64,000 nucleotides of DNA from Fibrobacteria bacterium. GTDB taxonomy: Bacteria > Fibrobacterota > Fibrobacteria > UBA11236. Where the stretch lies: the NCBI GenBank assembly GCA_043745805.1, contig JAYTSD010000038.1:34807-98806 (forward strand), in the 5' to 3' direction. Positions within the stretch are counted from its first letter, which is position 1. Each line of letters starts with the position of its first letter. The translations under genes were made by a program, and so were the position numbers. Shown here piece by piece: positions 51,259 to 60,939 of the stretch. Under the pieces are notes generated by a model. The model was given only the letters and a program-made list of their open reading frames with translations. It was not told the origin of the DNA and did not search any database.

Positions 51259-51875
51259 GAGGCACTATCTTTCTTACTTTGGGTGCTTTTGTTGGTAGCA
51301 TATTGCTTAATATTTGCCTATTTAGTTTTCTGCCCTTGATGACCTATTTTACGCAACATCAAAGCGGAGATAAAAAAATTACCCAAGAAATGAAAGTATT
51401 AAATTTGGCTATGATGCCAAAAAAGAAAGAAAAACAAAAATCGCAAGAGTCTCATAAACAAGTAGAAAAAAAATCTTTGGAACCAGGAAAATCAGTTTCC
51501 CGTCAACGATTTGTTATGGATTTAGGCGCTGGTGGTGGAAGTGGTGCCGCTGTAGGTAACGGTGGCGTTTCGGGCGGTGATTTAAAACAAATGAGCTATG
51601 CCGAAGGCGAAACCGATGTGGATGCCGTTCCGGTTTTTCAATCGGCACCCAAGCGTCCCAAAAAAGCTGAATCTGCAGGGGTAACAGGAATTGTACGTTG
51701 TTTATTAACCATCGGTGAAAATGGTCAAGTTGTTGACATTCAATTTTTAGAAACACCTGGTAATTTTGGATATGAGGAAGTAATTCGAGAAGAATTATCC
51801 CGATGGCGCTATCGACCAGCAACTGTTGGTGGAATAGCTGTTAAACAAAGAATTGAACAACCCTTTAAATTTTAA
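51255..51875 (+). CDS. tonB: energy transducer TonB
   Basis: N-terminal TM anchor, charged linker, TonB_C-like 'WRYRPA..GG.AV' end. Confidence 0.8.
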   Translation: MRGTIFLTLGAFVGSILLNICLFSFLPLMTYFTQHQSGDKKITQEMKVLNLAMMPKKKEKQKSQESHKQVEKKSLEPGKSVSRQRFVMDLGAGGGSGAAVGNGGVSGGDLKQMSYAEGETDVDAVPVFQSAPKRPKKAESAGVTGIVRCLLTIGENGQVVDIQFLETPGNFGYEEVIREELSRWRYRPATVGGIAVKQRIEQPFKF

Positions 51876-51917
51876 TAGTTGTTGTAACTTAAATGTTACC
51901 TTAAAAAGGATTCGGCT

Positions 51918-52997
51918 ATGGTGACTATAAATTGGTTTAAAAATAAGCCGATTGTGGATAAAATATTGACTCAGGGTCCATCGGTAAAGTTTTTTTGCCT
52001 AGCTTTTGCATTTACAGTATCCATGGTACTGGCACTTCCAATTTCTCATTTAGAATTAGGAAATGAAGCCTTTAATCAACAACAATATTCCAAAGCATTG
52101 GCCCATTATCGCAAAGCACTCTCTGAAGGTGAAAATCGCCCCATGGCGCTTTTTAATATGGGCAATAGCCTATATTTATTGAAACAAGAGGGACGCGCTT
52201 TATCGTTATATGAACAAGCCATTCGTGAAGCGCCTGATTTCATTCGTCCCTATTTAAACGCGGGTGGCATTTATTTCAAATTCGATCAAATGGGATTAGC
52301 TTTGACACGCTATCATCGTGCACTTGAATTGGATTCTAGTAATGTGAATGTATTAAAAATGTTAGGTGAGTGTTATATAAAAATTGGTGATCGATCTCAA
52401 GCCCTATATTATCTGGATATTGGAAGACGTTTGGAACCAGAAAACCTGGATTGGTATTATGCCATGGTGGAAATTTTTGTGAAAATGGAGGATATGCATT
52501 CGGCGGAAAAAATTTTACAAGAAGCATTGTCTACAACTATAGAATCAAGTGCGATATATTTTTACCTCGCAGAATTATTTCAGTCAGAGGGAGAGAAGAC
52601 GCAAGCTATCGGAGCCTATATACATGGTATGGAATTAGAACCTACCAATGCAAGGGCACCATTTCAGCTTGCTTCTTTACATGAAGAAATGGGAAATCCA
52701 TTTTTGGGATTATCTGTTTTAAAAGAAGCTTCGTTACAAAAGCCATTGCAAAAGGAGTGTTATTTAGAAATGGGCAGGCTTTATTTTAGTCTTGGACAAT
52801 TTTCGGTGGCAGTAGATAGTTATGCAGAAGCCGCCAAATTAGGCGAGATTCATGCCCTAGGTGGCCTGCTAAACGTGGCGAAGCGCGTATATAATCAAGG
52901 TGAGAAAGTTCAAGCACGGGAAATTTTTAAGCGGATACAAATTTTATTTCCTAATGATCCTGAAGTATCGCAAACGCTCAAAGATTTGGGAGCTTAG
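51918..52997 (+). CDS. TPR repeat protein (TtpD-like)
   Basis: Multiple TPR repeats after a hydrophobic N-terminus; last gene of the TonB cluster. Confidence 0.8.
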   Translation: MVTINWFKNKPIVDKILTQGPSVKFFCLAFAFTVSMVLALPISHLELGNEAFNQQQYSKALAHYRKALSEGENRPMALFNMGNSLYLLKQEGRALSLYEQAIREAPDFIRPYLNAGGIYFKFDQMGLALTRYHRALELDSSNVNVLKMLGECYIKIGDRSQALYYLDIGRRLEPENLDWYYAMVEIFVKMEDMHSAEKILQEALSTTIESSAIYFYLAELFQSEGEKTQAIGAYIHGMELEPTNARAPFQLASLHEEMGNPFLGLSVLKEASLQKPLQKECYLEMGRLYFSLGQFSVAVDSYAEAAKLGEIHALGGLLNVAKRVYNQGEKVQAREIFKRIQILFPNDPEVSQTLKDLGA

Positions 52998-53111
52998 CTT
53001 TTTGCCATAAAAATTCAAAGTAAAAACACGAATAATTTATTTTGAAATTTAAGCGATAAGTAAACCCCAAAACCCCTTTGGCTTAGCCCTGGCATTTTTT
53101 ATCCTTTGGGT

Positions 53112-54890
53112 ATGGCTATTCATATTCTGTCGCAAGCGACTATTAATAAAATTGCAGCAGGCGAGGTTATTGAACGCCCAGCGAATGTAGTCAAGGAATT
53201 ACTTGAAAACGCTTTAGATGCAAAAGCAACCAAGATTTCGATGGCCATCGAAGAAGGTGGCAAAGATTTAATTCGTGTGGCCGATAACGGCTTAGGAATG
53301 CGTCGCGAAGATTTAAAAATTGCTTGGTTGCCCCATACCACCAGCAAAATTCGTCAAGCGGAAGATTTAGAAGCGGTGGCTACTTTTGGATTTCGGGGTG
53401 AGGCTTTATGCAGTGTCGCCGCCATTGCCGAATTAACCATTGAAAGCCGTCATGCGGAAGAGGAAACGGGTGCAAGGATTGTACTTTCCGATTCTGTGCA
53501 ACAAGAGTGGAGTGAAATATCGCGTAACCTAGGAACTACCGTAACAGTAAGAAACCTTTTCTTGCATACACCGGTACGCCGTAAATTTATGGCAAGCGCA
53601 AAAAGTGAATCCACAAAAATTTTACAATCCGTGCTTAAAGTCGCCTTTGCTTATCCGCAAGTGAGTTTTCGCCTCATGGAAAATGGCCGAGAGATTTTGC
53701 ATTTGAGTGAAGGGTCGCTTAAGCATCGTGCGGGTGAAGTATTTGGTTTTGCCGTAGCCGGAGAATTAATTCCGGTGAATTGGTTCGATGGGGCAATGCA
53801 TATAGAGGGTTTTGTTTGTACGCCGCAACAAGCTAGGGCAAGGGCGAGTCAGCAATTTTATTATATCAATCGGCGATCCATTCAAAGTGGCATGATGAGC
53901 CGAGCCTTTGCGCAAAGCTATGATGTATTGCCTCCTGGCCGTTATCCCATGGGTGTTTTATTTTTTACTATGCCTCCCGAAGAAGTAGATGTGAATGTAC
54001 ATCCCACTAAAAAGGAAGTGCGTTTTTTAAATGAAGGCCAAATTTATTGGGCTACGCAACAAGCGGTTAAAACCACCTTAAGAACCATTGTTGAATCGCC
54101 TACCTTGGACTTAATTACTCCTCCCGCTTCTCTTATGTCTTCAATAAATGCAGAAAAAAATATTGCACCGAAGTTTGTTTTTCAAGAGGAAAGCGCGGGG
54201 AGTAACATTTCAGCCTCCACTCGTCCCTTCGTGGAAGAGAAACAAATAGCCTTATTTCCAGAAAACTCAATTTCACCGAAAAAAATAGGCAGTAATCCCG
54301 TATTACCGGGAACGCAAAATATTCCTTATTTGCAGTTACATCAACGTTACATTGTTTTTGCCGTTGAAAGTGGGTTTATGCTTTTGCAACAGCAAGCCGC
54401 ACATGAAAGAATTCTTTATGAAAAAGCTTTGGTGGATTTACGCTCGAATGGGCGATTGAGTTCACAGCAATTGCTTTTTCCGGAGATTCTCGATTTTTCT
54501 CCTGTGGAGTCACGGTTGCTGGAAGAAAATTTAAATCTTATTCAAGCGCTAGGATTCGATTTAGAATCCTTTGGAGGAAACACTTTTCAATTGCGCGGCT
54601 TGCCTTTTGAAATTCGTCCCGAACAGGGTAAGAAAAATGTTTATGATTTAGTACAGCAATTATTGATCGGTGAAAAAGGGAAAAGTGAAAGTGATTTTGT
54701 GCAAAAAATTGCACGCGCCTTTGCCCGTACTGCCTGCATTAAATTGGGTCAAGCTTTGGATTATGCGCAAATTACGGCTTTAGTAGATGGTTTATTTGCT
54801 ACGCAAAATCCTTTCGTATCGCCTTCGGGTGATGCTATTGTGATTCGTTATCCTCTGGATGAAATCGAGAGAAAATTGGGATTGATATAA
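53112..54890 (+). CDS. mutL: DNA mismatch repair protein MutL
   Basis: IAAGEVIERP, KELLENALDA, TFGFRGEAL and DVNVHPTKKEVRF motifs. Confidence 0.96.
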   Translation: MAIHILSQATINKIAAGEVIERPANVVKELLENALDAKATKISMAIEEGGKDLIRVADNGLGMRREDLKIAWLPHTTSKIRQAEDLEAVATFGFRGEALCSVAAIAELTIESRHAEEETGARIVLSDSVQQEWSEISRNLGTTVTVRNLFLHTPVRRKFMASAKSESTKILQSVLKVAFAYPQVSFRLMENGREILHLSEGSLKHRAGEVFGFAVAGELIPVNWFDGAMHIEGFVCTPQQARARASQQFYYINRRSIQSGMMSRAFAQSYDVLPPGRYPMGVLFFTMPPEEVDVNVHPTKKEVRFLNEGQIYWATQQAVKTTLRTIVESPTLDLITPPASLMSSINAEKNIAPKFVFQEESAGSNISASTRPFVEEKQIALFPENSISPKKIGSNPVLPGTQNIPYLQLHQRYIVFAVESGFMLLQQQAAHERILYEKALVDLRSNGRLSSQQLLFPEILDFSPVESRLLEENLNLIQALGFDLESFGGNTFQLRGLPFEIRPEQGKKNVYDLVQQLLIGEKGKSESDFVQKIARAFARTACIKLGQALDYAQITALVDGLFATQNPFVSPSGDAIVIRYPLDEIERKLGLI

Positions 54891-54987
54891 AGTAAAACCT
54901 AAGAATGCATATTAACTTTCCATAAAATTTCTTTTCCCCGCATTTTATTTTTGGCATTCTGGTTATGCCGCCCATACAATTAGAGAT

Positions 54988-55599
54988 ATGTGGATTAATA
55001 GAAAAATTTTAGCTCGATCATTTTTGTTTTCAGGTCTCATCCTTTCGATGTCCCAAGCTAAAACAGCCATTGCTTTTTTAAGTATAAAAAGTGAACGCGA
55101 TCCATTGCAAAAGAACGATCTCTTGCGCCGTATTCATTGGACCTTAGGTGCAGACTCTAATTTTGTTTCCTATTCGGAAGAGGAAATCGAAGCCTCCTTT
55201 AAAAAAGTAGCTTTAAAAGATGTCGATATTGATACCTTGGGAGCCAAAGCCGTTTGTGAATTACTAAATGCGCAATTTATATTATTTGCACATTTAGATC
55301 CTGTGACGATTCAGGACAAAAGGATTATATGGATGCCTTGGTCGCATAAAGTTAAATGGATGCAAGCGGTTCAATTTCGTATTCGTGATGTCTCGGGAAA
55401 TTTGAAATTTGACACGACCGTAACTGCGGAGTTAAATCTTAAGGAGCATGCTTTAGGAAATTATCCACGACTGGCTGAACTTAGCCCTTTATTACGCGAT
55501 GAACTTAAAGGCAGGTTATTGGCTGTTTTGGCGGATAATATATCCAAGGCCGCGAGTGCAAAGCTCAGTGGTCTTGTGAATATAAACAAAAAGAAATGA
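54988..55599 (+). CDS. hypothetical exported protein
   Basis: Signal-peptide-like N-terminus; no recognised family. Confidence 0.6.
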   Translation: MWINRKILARSFLFSGLILSMSQAKTAIAFLSIKSERDPLQKNDLLRRIHWTLGADSNFVSYSEEEIEASFKKVALKDVDIDTLGAKAVCELLNAQFILFAHLDPVTIQDKRIIWMPWSHKVKWMQAVQFRIRDVSGNLKFDTTVTAELNLKEHALGNYPRLAELSPLLRDELKGRLLAVLADNISKAASAKLSGLVNINKKK

Positions 55600-55615
55600 T
55601 GTCGATTAATACCTA

Positions 55616-57262
55616 TTAAGGTGTAATATAAATGCCTTTATTATCTGGTCTTTGTAACGCATAACTAAGTTTCATCCAAATAGCAGAACGTGCTTTTCGA
55701 GTGACTTGCATTTCATCTATCCATCCCGAAAATTCATATCCCGGTTTACCCATTGCATTTTTGCCAACCACAAAAACTTTAGTGGCTGGACTGGGCAATA
55801 AATTTTTAAAGAAGGTTTGCCCTTTTATTTCACCATCCACATATAACCAAATTTTTATCCCGTCATAAATTCCTCCCAGATTATGCCAAGCGGAGTCTAA
55901 AAGGTTGACTGATGAATCGGCTGCGGTAACATGTGTGTTTCCTAGAGAATCGGAGACTACAAATTCGGCAAAACCTTTTTTGTTAATTCTAATGACATAA
56001 GAGTCACCCATACTAACCAAATTACTTCCCGAGTCTCCTAAGGCATTAGTTTTGGCCCAAACAGAGACTGTGACCATATGGGAGATAAACGGTTCCGTAG
56101 GATTGGGTAACACAATATAATCTCCAAAATCAAATTGTTGCCCTAAGCCCAAAACCCCTGTTTTATTGGTGGATAAGACTTTATCATTACCCGCATTTCC
56201 ATTTCCCGAAGCATCGTGATAAACACCATTTTTAATGGTGTCATTCGCAGATTCAGATAAATGCCAAACATGGCTCCATTGCTCTTCCGCAAAAAACACG
56301 TTGAAGCCACTAGAAGTATTTTTGGCGTTGGGACTGCCCCAATACATGTGAAGATATTGTTGATCACTGTTTCCATAAAGAACCTGTACCTTAACCCAAA
56401 GCATAGCGGTTTCTTGCCCTTTATCCCAAGATTCAATTTCATAGGGTAAGGGGATACCATTGGAACTTGTGAATCGAATATCACTGCCGCTACTTAAGGC
56501 TTGCGTGAAATCAAAATTATTGTGATTCAAACGAATAGGCACGGGGACATTGATTTCATTGGAAATGATATTCATTCCTAGTGCTGTGGTATTCAAATGT
56601 ATTTTAGCAGAATATTTCCAATCTTGATAAGGCGAGACCACCGTAGATTCATTGGGATCCACTACAATATTCTTGTAGACTACAAATGAGCTACCATCTT
56701 CTTTTCGGCAACGAATTTCTGGATAAATTCCTGGAGGAGTGGAATCCATAGAGACAAATGATTTTGCAGCAATGATTGGGCTACTGAACGATGTTCCAGG
56801 TAAATAGATCGTTCCTTTAATATTGAATAATGATTCAGGTAAATAAACTAAAAGGGTGGTTGGATTTTTTAAAACCACTTGAGTTATGCTGGTATTTTTT
56901 TTATCCACCACATCAATACCCGAAGAAAATACGCTCGTTCTCGTATCCAATTGAATGGCCGCAATATTATAAGAGCCGGTGGGAATATTATTAAACTCGT
57001 ATTTGCCAACTCCATCCGTGGTATCGATGTGAATATTAGTAGATGATTTTAGCGAGGTAGGATCATAGCTCAGCGGAACAAGACTTACTTCGGTTCTTGT
57101 GGCAGGTGAGCCATCTTCATGAGCGATACGACCTGTAATAGTATTAGTGGTTTCGGATCCGCCTCCTGTAAGGCGATTATCTGAGCAAGAGCTTAATGCC
57201 AAAACTATGCTGGCACATATCAGTAAGACTAATAAATAAATTCCGTTTAATTTTTTTTTCAT
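55616..57262 (-). CDS. lipoprotein with carboxypeptidase-regulatory-like, DUF2341 and LamG domains
   Basis: Lipobox LSSC followed by GGGSETTN; GSDIRFT..LPYEIESWD..WVKV..MYWG (DUF2341); WHNL..YVDG..GWIDE (LamG). Confidence 0.85.
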   Translation of the reverse strand: MKKKLNGIYLLVLLICASIVLALSSCSDNRLTGGGSETTNTITGRIAHEDGSPATRTEVSLVPLSYDPTSLKSSTNIHIDTTDGVGKYEFNNIPTGSYNIAAIQLDTRTSVFSSGIDVVDKKNTSITQVVLKNPTTLLVYLPESLFNIKGTIYLPGTSFSSPIIAAKSFVSMDSTPPGIYPEIRCRKEDGSSFVVYKNIVVDPNESTVVSPYQDWKYSAKIHLNTTALGMNIISNEINVPVPIRLNHNNFDFTQALSSGSDIRFTSSNGIPLPYEIESWDKGQETAMLWVKVQVLYGNSDQQYLHMYWGSPNAKNTSSGFNVFFAEEQWSHVWHLSESANDTIKNGVYHDASGNGNAGNDKVLSTNKTGVLGLGQQFDFGDYIVLPNPTEPFISHMVTVSVWAKTNALGDSGSNLVSMGDSYVIRINKKGFAEFVVSDSLGNTHVTAADSSVNLLDSAWHNLGGIYDGIKIWLYVDGEIKGQTFFKNLLPSPATKVFVVGKNAMGKPGYEFSGWIDEMQVTRKARSAIWMKLSYALQRPDNKGIYITP

Positions 57263-58068
57263 AAACTGAGAGGAAATAGTTGAATGTTTAATTGGTAAAC
57301 TTGATCGGGGTTTTTTATTTCTTGCGCATACTTCAATAGCATGGCTCGAAACCCTTTTATCATATCATTTATCTCTTCTAAATCTTTATGCGAAACGGTA
57401 ATGGTTACCGTGGAAATATTACGCATCTCCTTGGCATGACGCTCTAAAGATTCAATCGCCAATTTCAAAGTTTCTTCTTGAAAGGTTCTCACCGAAATGG
57501 AGCGACTGAGTTCACCAGAGGTTACAATTTTATTGGTTTGCTCTAATCGACTTTCTTTATTTTCTGTAACTAAGTTAAGATTTTTTAATAATTCAATAGC
57601 CTCTTTGGCTTGAGCCGCTGTAATAGGTGGGCTTAGTTTTGCGGCTAAAGCTTTATAATCTCCGCTGAAGGTATAAAAATCGAGTAAGGTGAGAATGGCG
57701 GAGTAATACCATTTTTGATAATACTTATATTGATTTTTTTCTAAAGTATAAGATTTGAAGCCTTTTAAGGATAAAAGCTTTTCATAGTATTGTTTGGTTT
57801 CTCGATCGGTTTTAGCTTTATTAAAGCGAACTAGGAAAGAAAAATATTCGGCATCACTACCCGTTAATCCACAAAAATGAATAAAGGTTTCGATGGACGG
57901 CTCGCTAATATGCCTTTGTTTTTGAAAAATTTTGACAAGATGGGATGCATCCGTTGCCACCTTACCGCCCATATAGCGATAAGAGAAATACGGATTACCT
58001 TTTTTTTTCTCTTCGTAGAATTCTTTGAGATACTCTCGATACTCAAAAAAATCTTTTACTGATCTCAT
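57259..58068 (-). CDS. TIGR02147 family protein (N-terminal HTH, C-terminal DUF4423)
   Basis: YREYLKEFYEEKK..FSYR, WYYSAI, RNIST and C-terminal VYQLNIQLFPLS; start at ATG 58068; ATGA overlap with the lipoprotein gene. Confidence 0.9.
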   Translation of the reverse strand: MRSVKDFFEYREYLKEFYEEKKKGNPYFSYRYMGGKVATDASHLVKIFQKQRHISEPSIETFIHFCGLTGSDAEYFSFLVRFNKAKTDRETKQYYEKLLSLKGFKSYTLEKNQYKYYQKWYYSAILTLLDFYTFSGDYKALAAKLSPPITAAQAKEAIELLKNLNLVTENKESRLEQTNKIVTSGELSRSISVRTFQEETLKLAIESLERHAKEMRNISTVTITVSHKDLEEINDMIKGFRAMLLKYAQEIKNPDQVYQLNIQLFPLSL

Positions 58069-58102
58069 AGTGCTAAAGCTAATGTCAAAGGTGAAATATT
58101 GC

Positions 58103-58235
58103 TGTGGGCAAATTGCCAAAATCATTATTTTGTGGACAAAAATGCCCACAATAAACACTAATTTAACTTAAAAAATGAGATTTAAGGCTTTGGATAGGAT
58201 AGCATAGCAATAAAAGCCCACAAATATTGTCCACA
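58103..58235. promoter_or_regulatory. five TGTGGRCW boxes upstream of the TIGR02147 gene
   Basis: Copies at 58103-58110 and 58131-58138 (+), and 58143-58150, 58215-58222 and 58228-58235 (-). Confidence 0.65.
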
Positions 58236-58273
58236 CCATTAGGCTTGGCTAACAGTGATTTGAAATGGGGGAT

Positions 58274-58310
58274 AAAAAAAGGCTTCGAAACCAGATCAGT
58301 TTCGAAGCCT
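58274..58310 (-). terminator. Rho-independent terminator
   Basis: AGGCTTCGAAAC/GTTTCGAAGCCT 12-bp stem with a T run on the minus strand. Confidence 0.9.
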
Positions 58311-58332
58311 AAGCTTAAGAAAAATAAAAGAG

Positions 58333-59046
58333 CTAGTCTTTCCAGACTAAAATGCTACCGCAGCTTTCGCAAGTTAAAAGATTATTGCGTTTGCTGATTT
58401 CAATAATACGTTGTGGAGTTTGTGTACGATTACAAACTTCGCAGGCTTTTTGATCGCGATTAATGGCGGATACCACATTTGGATTTCCGCGACGCTGTAC
58501 CACTCTATCGTATACCGAAAGAATTTTTTTGCTGAGATTTTTACGAGGTTCTTCCCCGTGGGCTTTTTGTTCATTAATGCGATCTTGAATGCCGCTTAAC
58601 TCATCGCTCAAGGTATTTAGCAATGGCTCATTGTCTTCGGAAATTTTTGCAAAAGACGCTTGCGCATTTTCTTGATCTTTTAAAATATTTTCATGCACTT
58701 GTTGAAAGTGAATGGTATTGGCTTGAGCCATATCGATATTTTTTTTGTGCGTCGCAATTTCAGAATGAATGGCGTCGTATTCACGATTAGTACTAATATT
58801 ATCAAGTTTTTTATTACTATCGTTTAAAGCGATTTGCTCGCGTAAGGCAATTTCTTGATTTTCTTCAATCTTCGCTTTGGTTTCAGCCAAGTCCGAATTG
58901 ATTTTTTCAAGCTGGGTTTTTTCGCGTATAACTTCACCTTTTAAGTTCTGAATGCGAACAGGTAAATCTTTTTTAGTAAGCTCCAGCTCATGGGCTTTTT
59001 TGTCTACCGCTGAGAGCTCCAGGAGAAGCTTTAATTCTTCTTGCAT
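58333..59046 (-). CDS. coiled-coil C4 zinc-ribbon protein (DUF164, CT398/HP0958-like)
   Basis: Long coiled coil plus CEVC...CESCGSIL. Confidence 0.88.
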   Translation of the reverse strand: MQEELKLLLELSAVDKKAHELELTKKDLPVRIQNLKGEVIREKTQLEKINSDLAETKAKIEENQEIALREQIALNDSNKKLDNISTNREYDAIHSEIATHKKNIDMAQANTIHFQQVHENILKDQENAQASFAKISEDNEPLLNTLSDELSGIQDRINEQKAHGEEPRKNLSKKILSVYDRVVQRRGNPNVVSAINRDQKACEVCNRTQTPQRIIEISKRNNLLTCESCGSILVWKD

Positions 59047-59121
59047 ATTGAACCCAATAAATTCCGATTGTTAAAACAAAAAGCCGCGAGGCGAATGCCT
59101 CAAAACCCAACACGACAAGAT

Positions 59122-59152
59122 AAAATAACAGCGCAGTTACTGCAAGCTGTTA
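59122..59152 (-). terminator. possible terminator after pth
   Basis: Minus strand TAACAGC-TT-GCAG-TAA-CTGC-GCTGTTA followed by TTTT. Confidence 0.45.
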
Positions 59153-59167
59153 AATTGGAATCAACTT

Positions 59168-59749
59168 TTAAAGTGGATTTTGCGCGCGTCGATTAAAGCG
59201 ATTAGCGGCTTTTTCCCAACCTTGAGTAAGACCCATAGTGATCAAATTCTTGAAATCAGGATAAAGGGTTTCAAATTTTTTTTGATCGTTGGTATCATAA
59301 TGTCGCAAAACAAAATTGGCTAAATCTTCTTGCGGTGGGCAAGGGCCAACGCCTATACGTACACGAATAAATTTATCACCAAGATGTTGAATGATATTGC
59401 GCAAGCCATTATGTCCCCCATGACCGCCATCAGCACGCACTTTCATTTGACCTAGGTTTAAATAAATATCATCGACGACGACAATTAAATTTTGCAAAGG
59501 GATTTTATAAAAACTGAGTAAGGATTGTGCGGATTCACCGCTGAGATTCATAAAGGTTTGCGGCTTAGCTAAAAGAATAGGTGTATCACCGAATTTTATT
59601 TTTTGCGTGAAGGCTTTGCCTTCTTCTTTCCAATTTGCGGAGCCTATTTCTTGTGCGAGGCGATTTAAATAGGTAAAGCCAATATTATGTCGGGTTTGTT
59701 CATATTTTGGGCCCGGATTTCCCAGGCCCATGAGAATAAACATATCCAC
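59168..59749 (-). CDS. pth: peptidyl-tRNA hydrolase
   Basis: GLGNPG, TRHNIGF, KPQTFMNLSG and GGHNGL motifs. Confidence 0.96.
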   Translation of the reverse strand: MDMFILMGLGNPGPKYEQTRHNIGFTYLNRLAQEIGSANWKEEGKAFTQKIKFGDTPILLAKPQTFMNLSGESAQSLLSFYKIPLQNLIVVVDDIYLNLGQMKVRADGGHGGHNGLRNIIQHLGDKFIRVRIGVGPCPPQEDLANFVLRHYDTNDQKKFETLYPDFKNLITMGLTQGWEKAANRFNRRAQNPL

Positions 59750-59761
59750 TGAGAAAAAGGT

Positions 59762-60445
59762 TTATTTTTTCTTAGCAGCAGGCTTTGCGGCGGCAGGTGC
59801 TTTAGCAGCGGCAGCGGGTGCTTTGGCGGCAGCTTTTGCAGCAGCAGGTTTAGCCGCAGCAGCAGGAGTAGCAGCACCAGGTGCAGCAACTTCTTCTTCT
59901 TTACGTCCGGAAGTTACTCCAAATAAAGCTGTTTTGGGAGGCGTTACAAAAGAGCCCTTTTCGAATTGTAAATCGCGAACATAAAAAATTGTTCCCGAAG
60001 CTAATTCCGAAACATCCAAATCAAATGAATCGGGAATATCTTGGATTTTTGTTTTTAAACGAACAAATTTTTTCATTTGAGAAAAAACACCGCCTTGGGT
60101 TTTTACGCCAACTGGCATGCCATGAGTGGTTACAGGAACGGCTACCGTAACGAATCTTTCTTCATTAACACGTAAAAAATCAATATGCGTAATGGTTCTT
60201 TTAATGGCTTCGCGTTCAATGGCTTTAATGAGCACAGTCTGTTTTTTGCCATCCACATCAAGCTCAATCACATGATTTAATTTGGGCAAATGAGGACGTA
60301 AATCGGTAAAGTTAACTTCTAAAAGTTCTGGTTCTTTTTCGAGACCATAAATTACGCCCGGAACTTTTCCGGCTTTGCGCATTTGTAGTAAAACTGATTT
60401 TGTTGATTTTTCTCGTTTGCGGCCGAGTAATACTGTCGTTTCCAT
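59762..60445 (-). CDS. rplY: 50S ribosomal protein L25/CTC with Ala/Lys/Pro C-terminal tail
   Basis: GKVPGVIYG, HIDF and GVKTQGG motifs; upstream of pth. Confidence 0.93.
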   Translation of the reverse strand: METTVLLGRKREKSTKSVLLQMRKAGKVPGVIYGLEKEPELLEVNFTDLRPHLPKLNHVIELDVDGKKQTVLIKAIEREAIKRTITHIDFLRVNEERFVTVAVPVTTHGMPVGVKTQGGVFSQMKKFVRLKTKIQDIPDSFDLDVSELASGTIFYVRDLQFEKGSFVTPPKTALFGVTSGRKEEEVAAPGAATPAAAAKPAAAKAAAKAPAAAAKAPAAAKPAAKKK

Positions 60446-60566
60446 AATTTTCCTTTTTCAGTAAACGCGGAAGTCTGGCGCGCCTTTCTGAGATTATTTA
60501 TTTGCTTCTTACGAAGCCATGACTTCTGTACCATGAAGAGGCCAAAAGGCTTTCCAAGTGGACGCG

Positions 60567-60595
60567 AATGTAGTAAAACCCCTTGTAGGAGTCAT
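60567..60595 (-). promoter_or_regulatory. sigma70-like promoter of rplY-pth
   Basis: Minus strand ATGACT-17-TACATT, giving a 5' UTR of about 115 nt. Confidence 0.5.
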
Positions 60596-60696
60596 TAGTA
60601 TTTAGGAAAACCTCGACTTTTAAAACCCTAGAGTTTCGTCATGGATTCCTATCGGTGGCAAATAATGTTAAGCTTGCAGGGAAGATGGAGGATTTT

Positions 60697-60900
60697 ATGA
60701 ATGGAACATCCTTAATTATTGGCTTAATAACGGGTTTAATAGGTATGGGTTATTTCAGCTATGGAAAAAAGCAAGGAAAGAGCATACCCATGTTCGCCGG
60801 TGGGGCATTATGTGTTGTGCCCTATTTTTTTGAAAACAACTTAATCTTGGCGGCTGTTTGTTTGGTGCTGATTGCGGCGCCTTTTATATTCCGGTATTAA
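60697..60900 (+). CDS. small 3-TM membrane protein
   Basis: GGAGG RBS; IGMGYFSYGKKQ...LCVVPYF conserved-looking motif. Confidence 0.8.
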   Translation: MNGTSLIIGLITGLIGMGYFSYGKKQGKSIPMFAGGALCVVPYFFENNLILAAVCLVLIAAPFIFRY

Positions 60901-60939
60901 CGCGTCATTTAAAAGTCAATATTGAGCAAATGACCTAGT

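Noticed and set aside
58069-58273. oriC or DnaA-box cluster
   Set aside because: The boxes consistently differ from TTATCCACA (C in place of T at TGTGGAT), none is perfect, and no dnaA/dnaN/gidA is nearby; a local operator fits better, though DnaA binding is not excluded
59665-59984. Overlapping Leu/Pro- and Ala-rich ORFs at the rplY 3' end
   Set aside because: Alternative-frame and antisense shadows of the PAAAK tail of L25
60352-60534. 60-aa ORF overlapping the rplY start
   Set aside because: Out of frame with rplY and without protein features; the region is better explained as a structured leader (a uORF role is not excluded)
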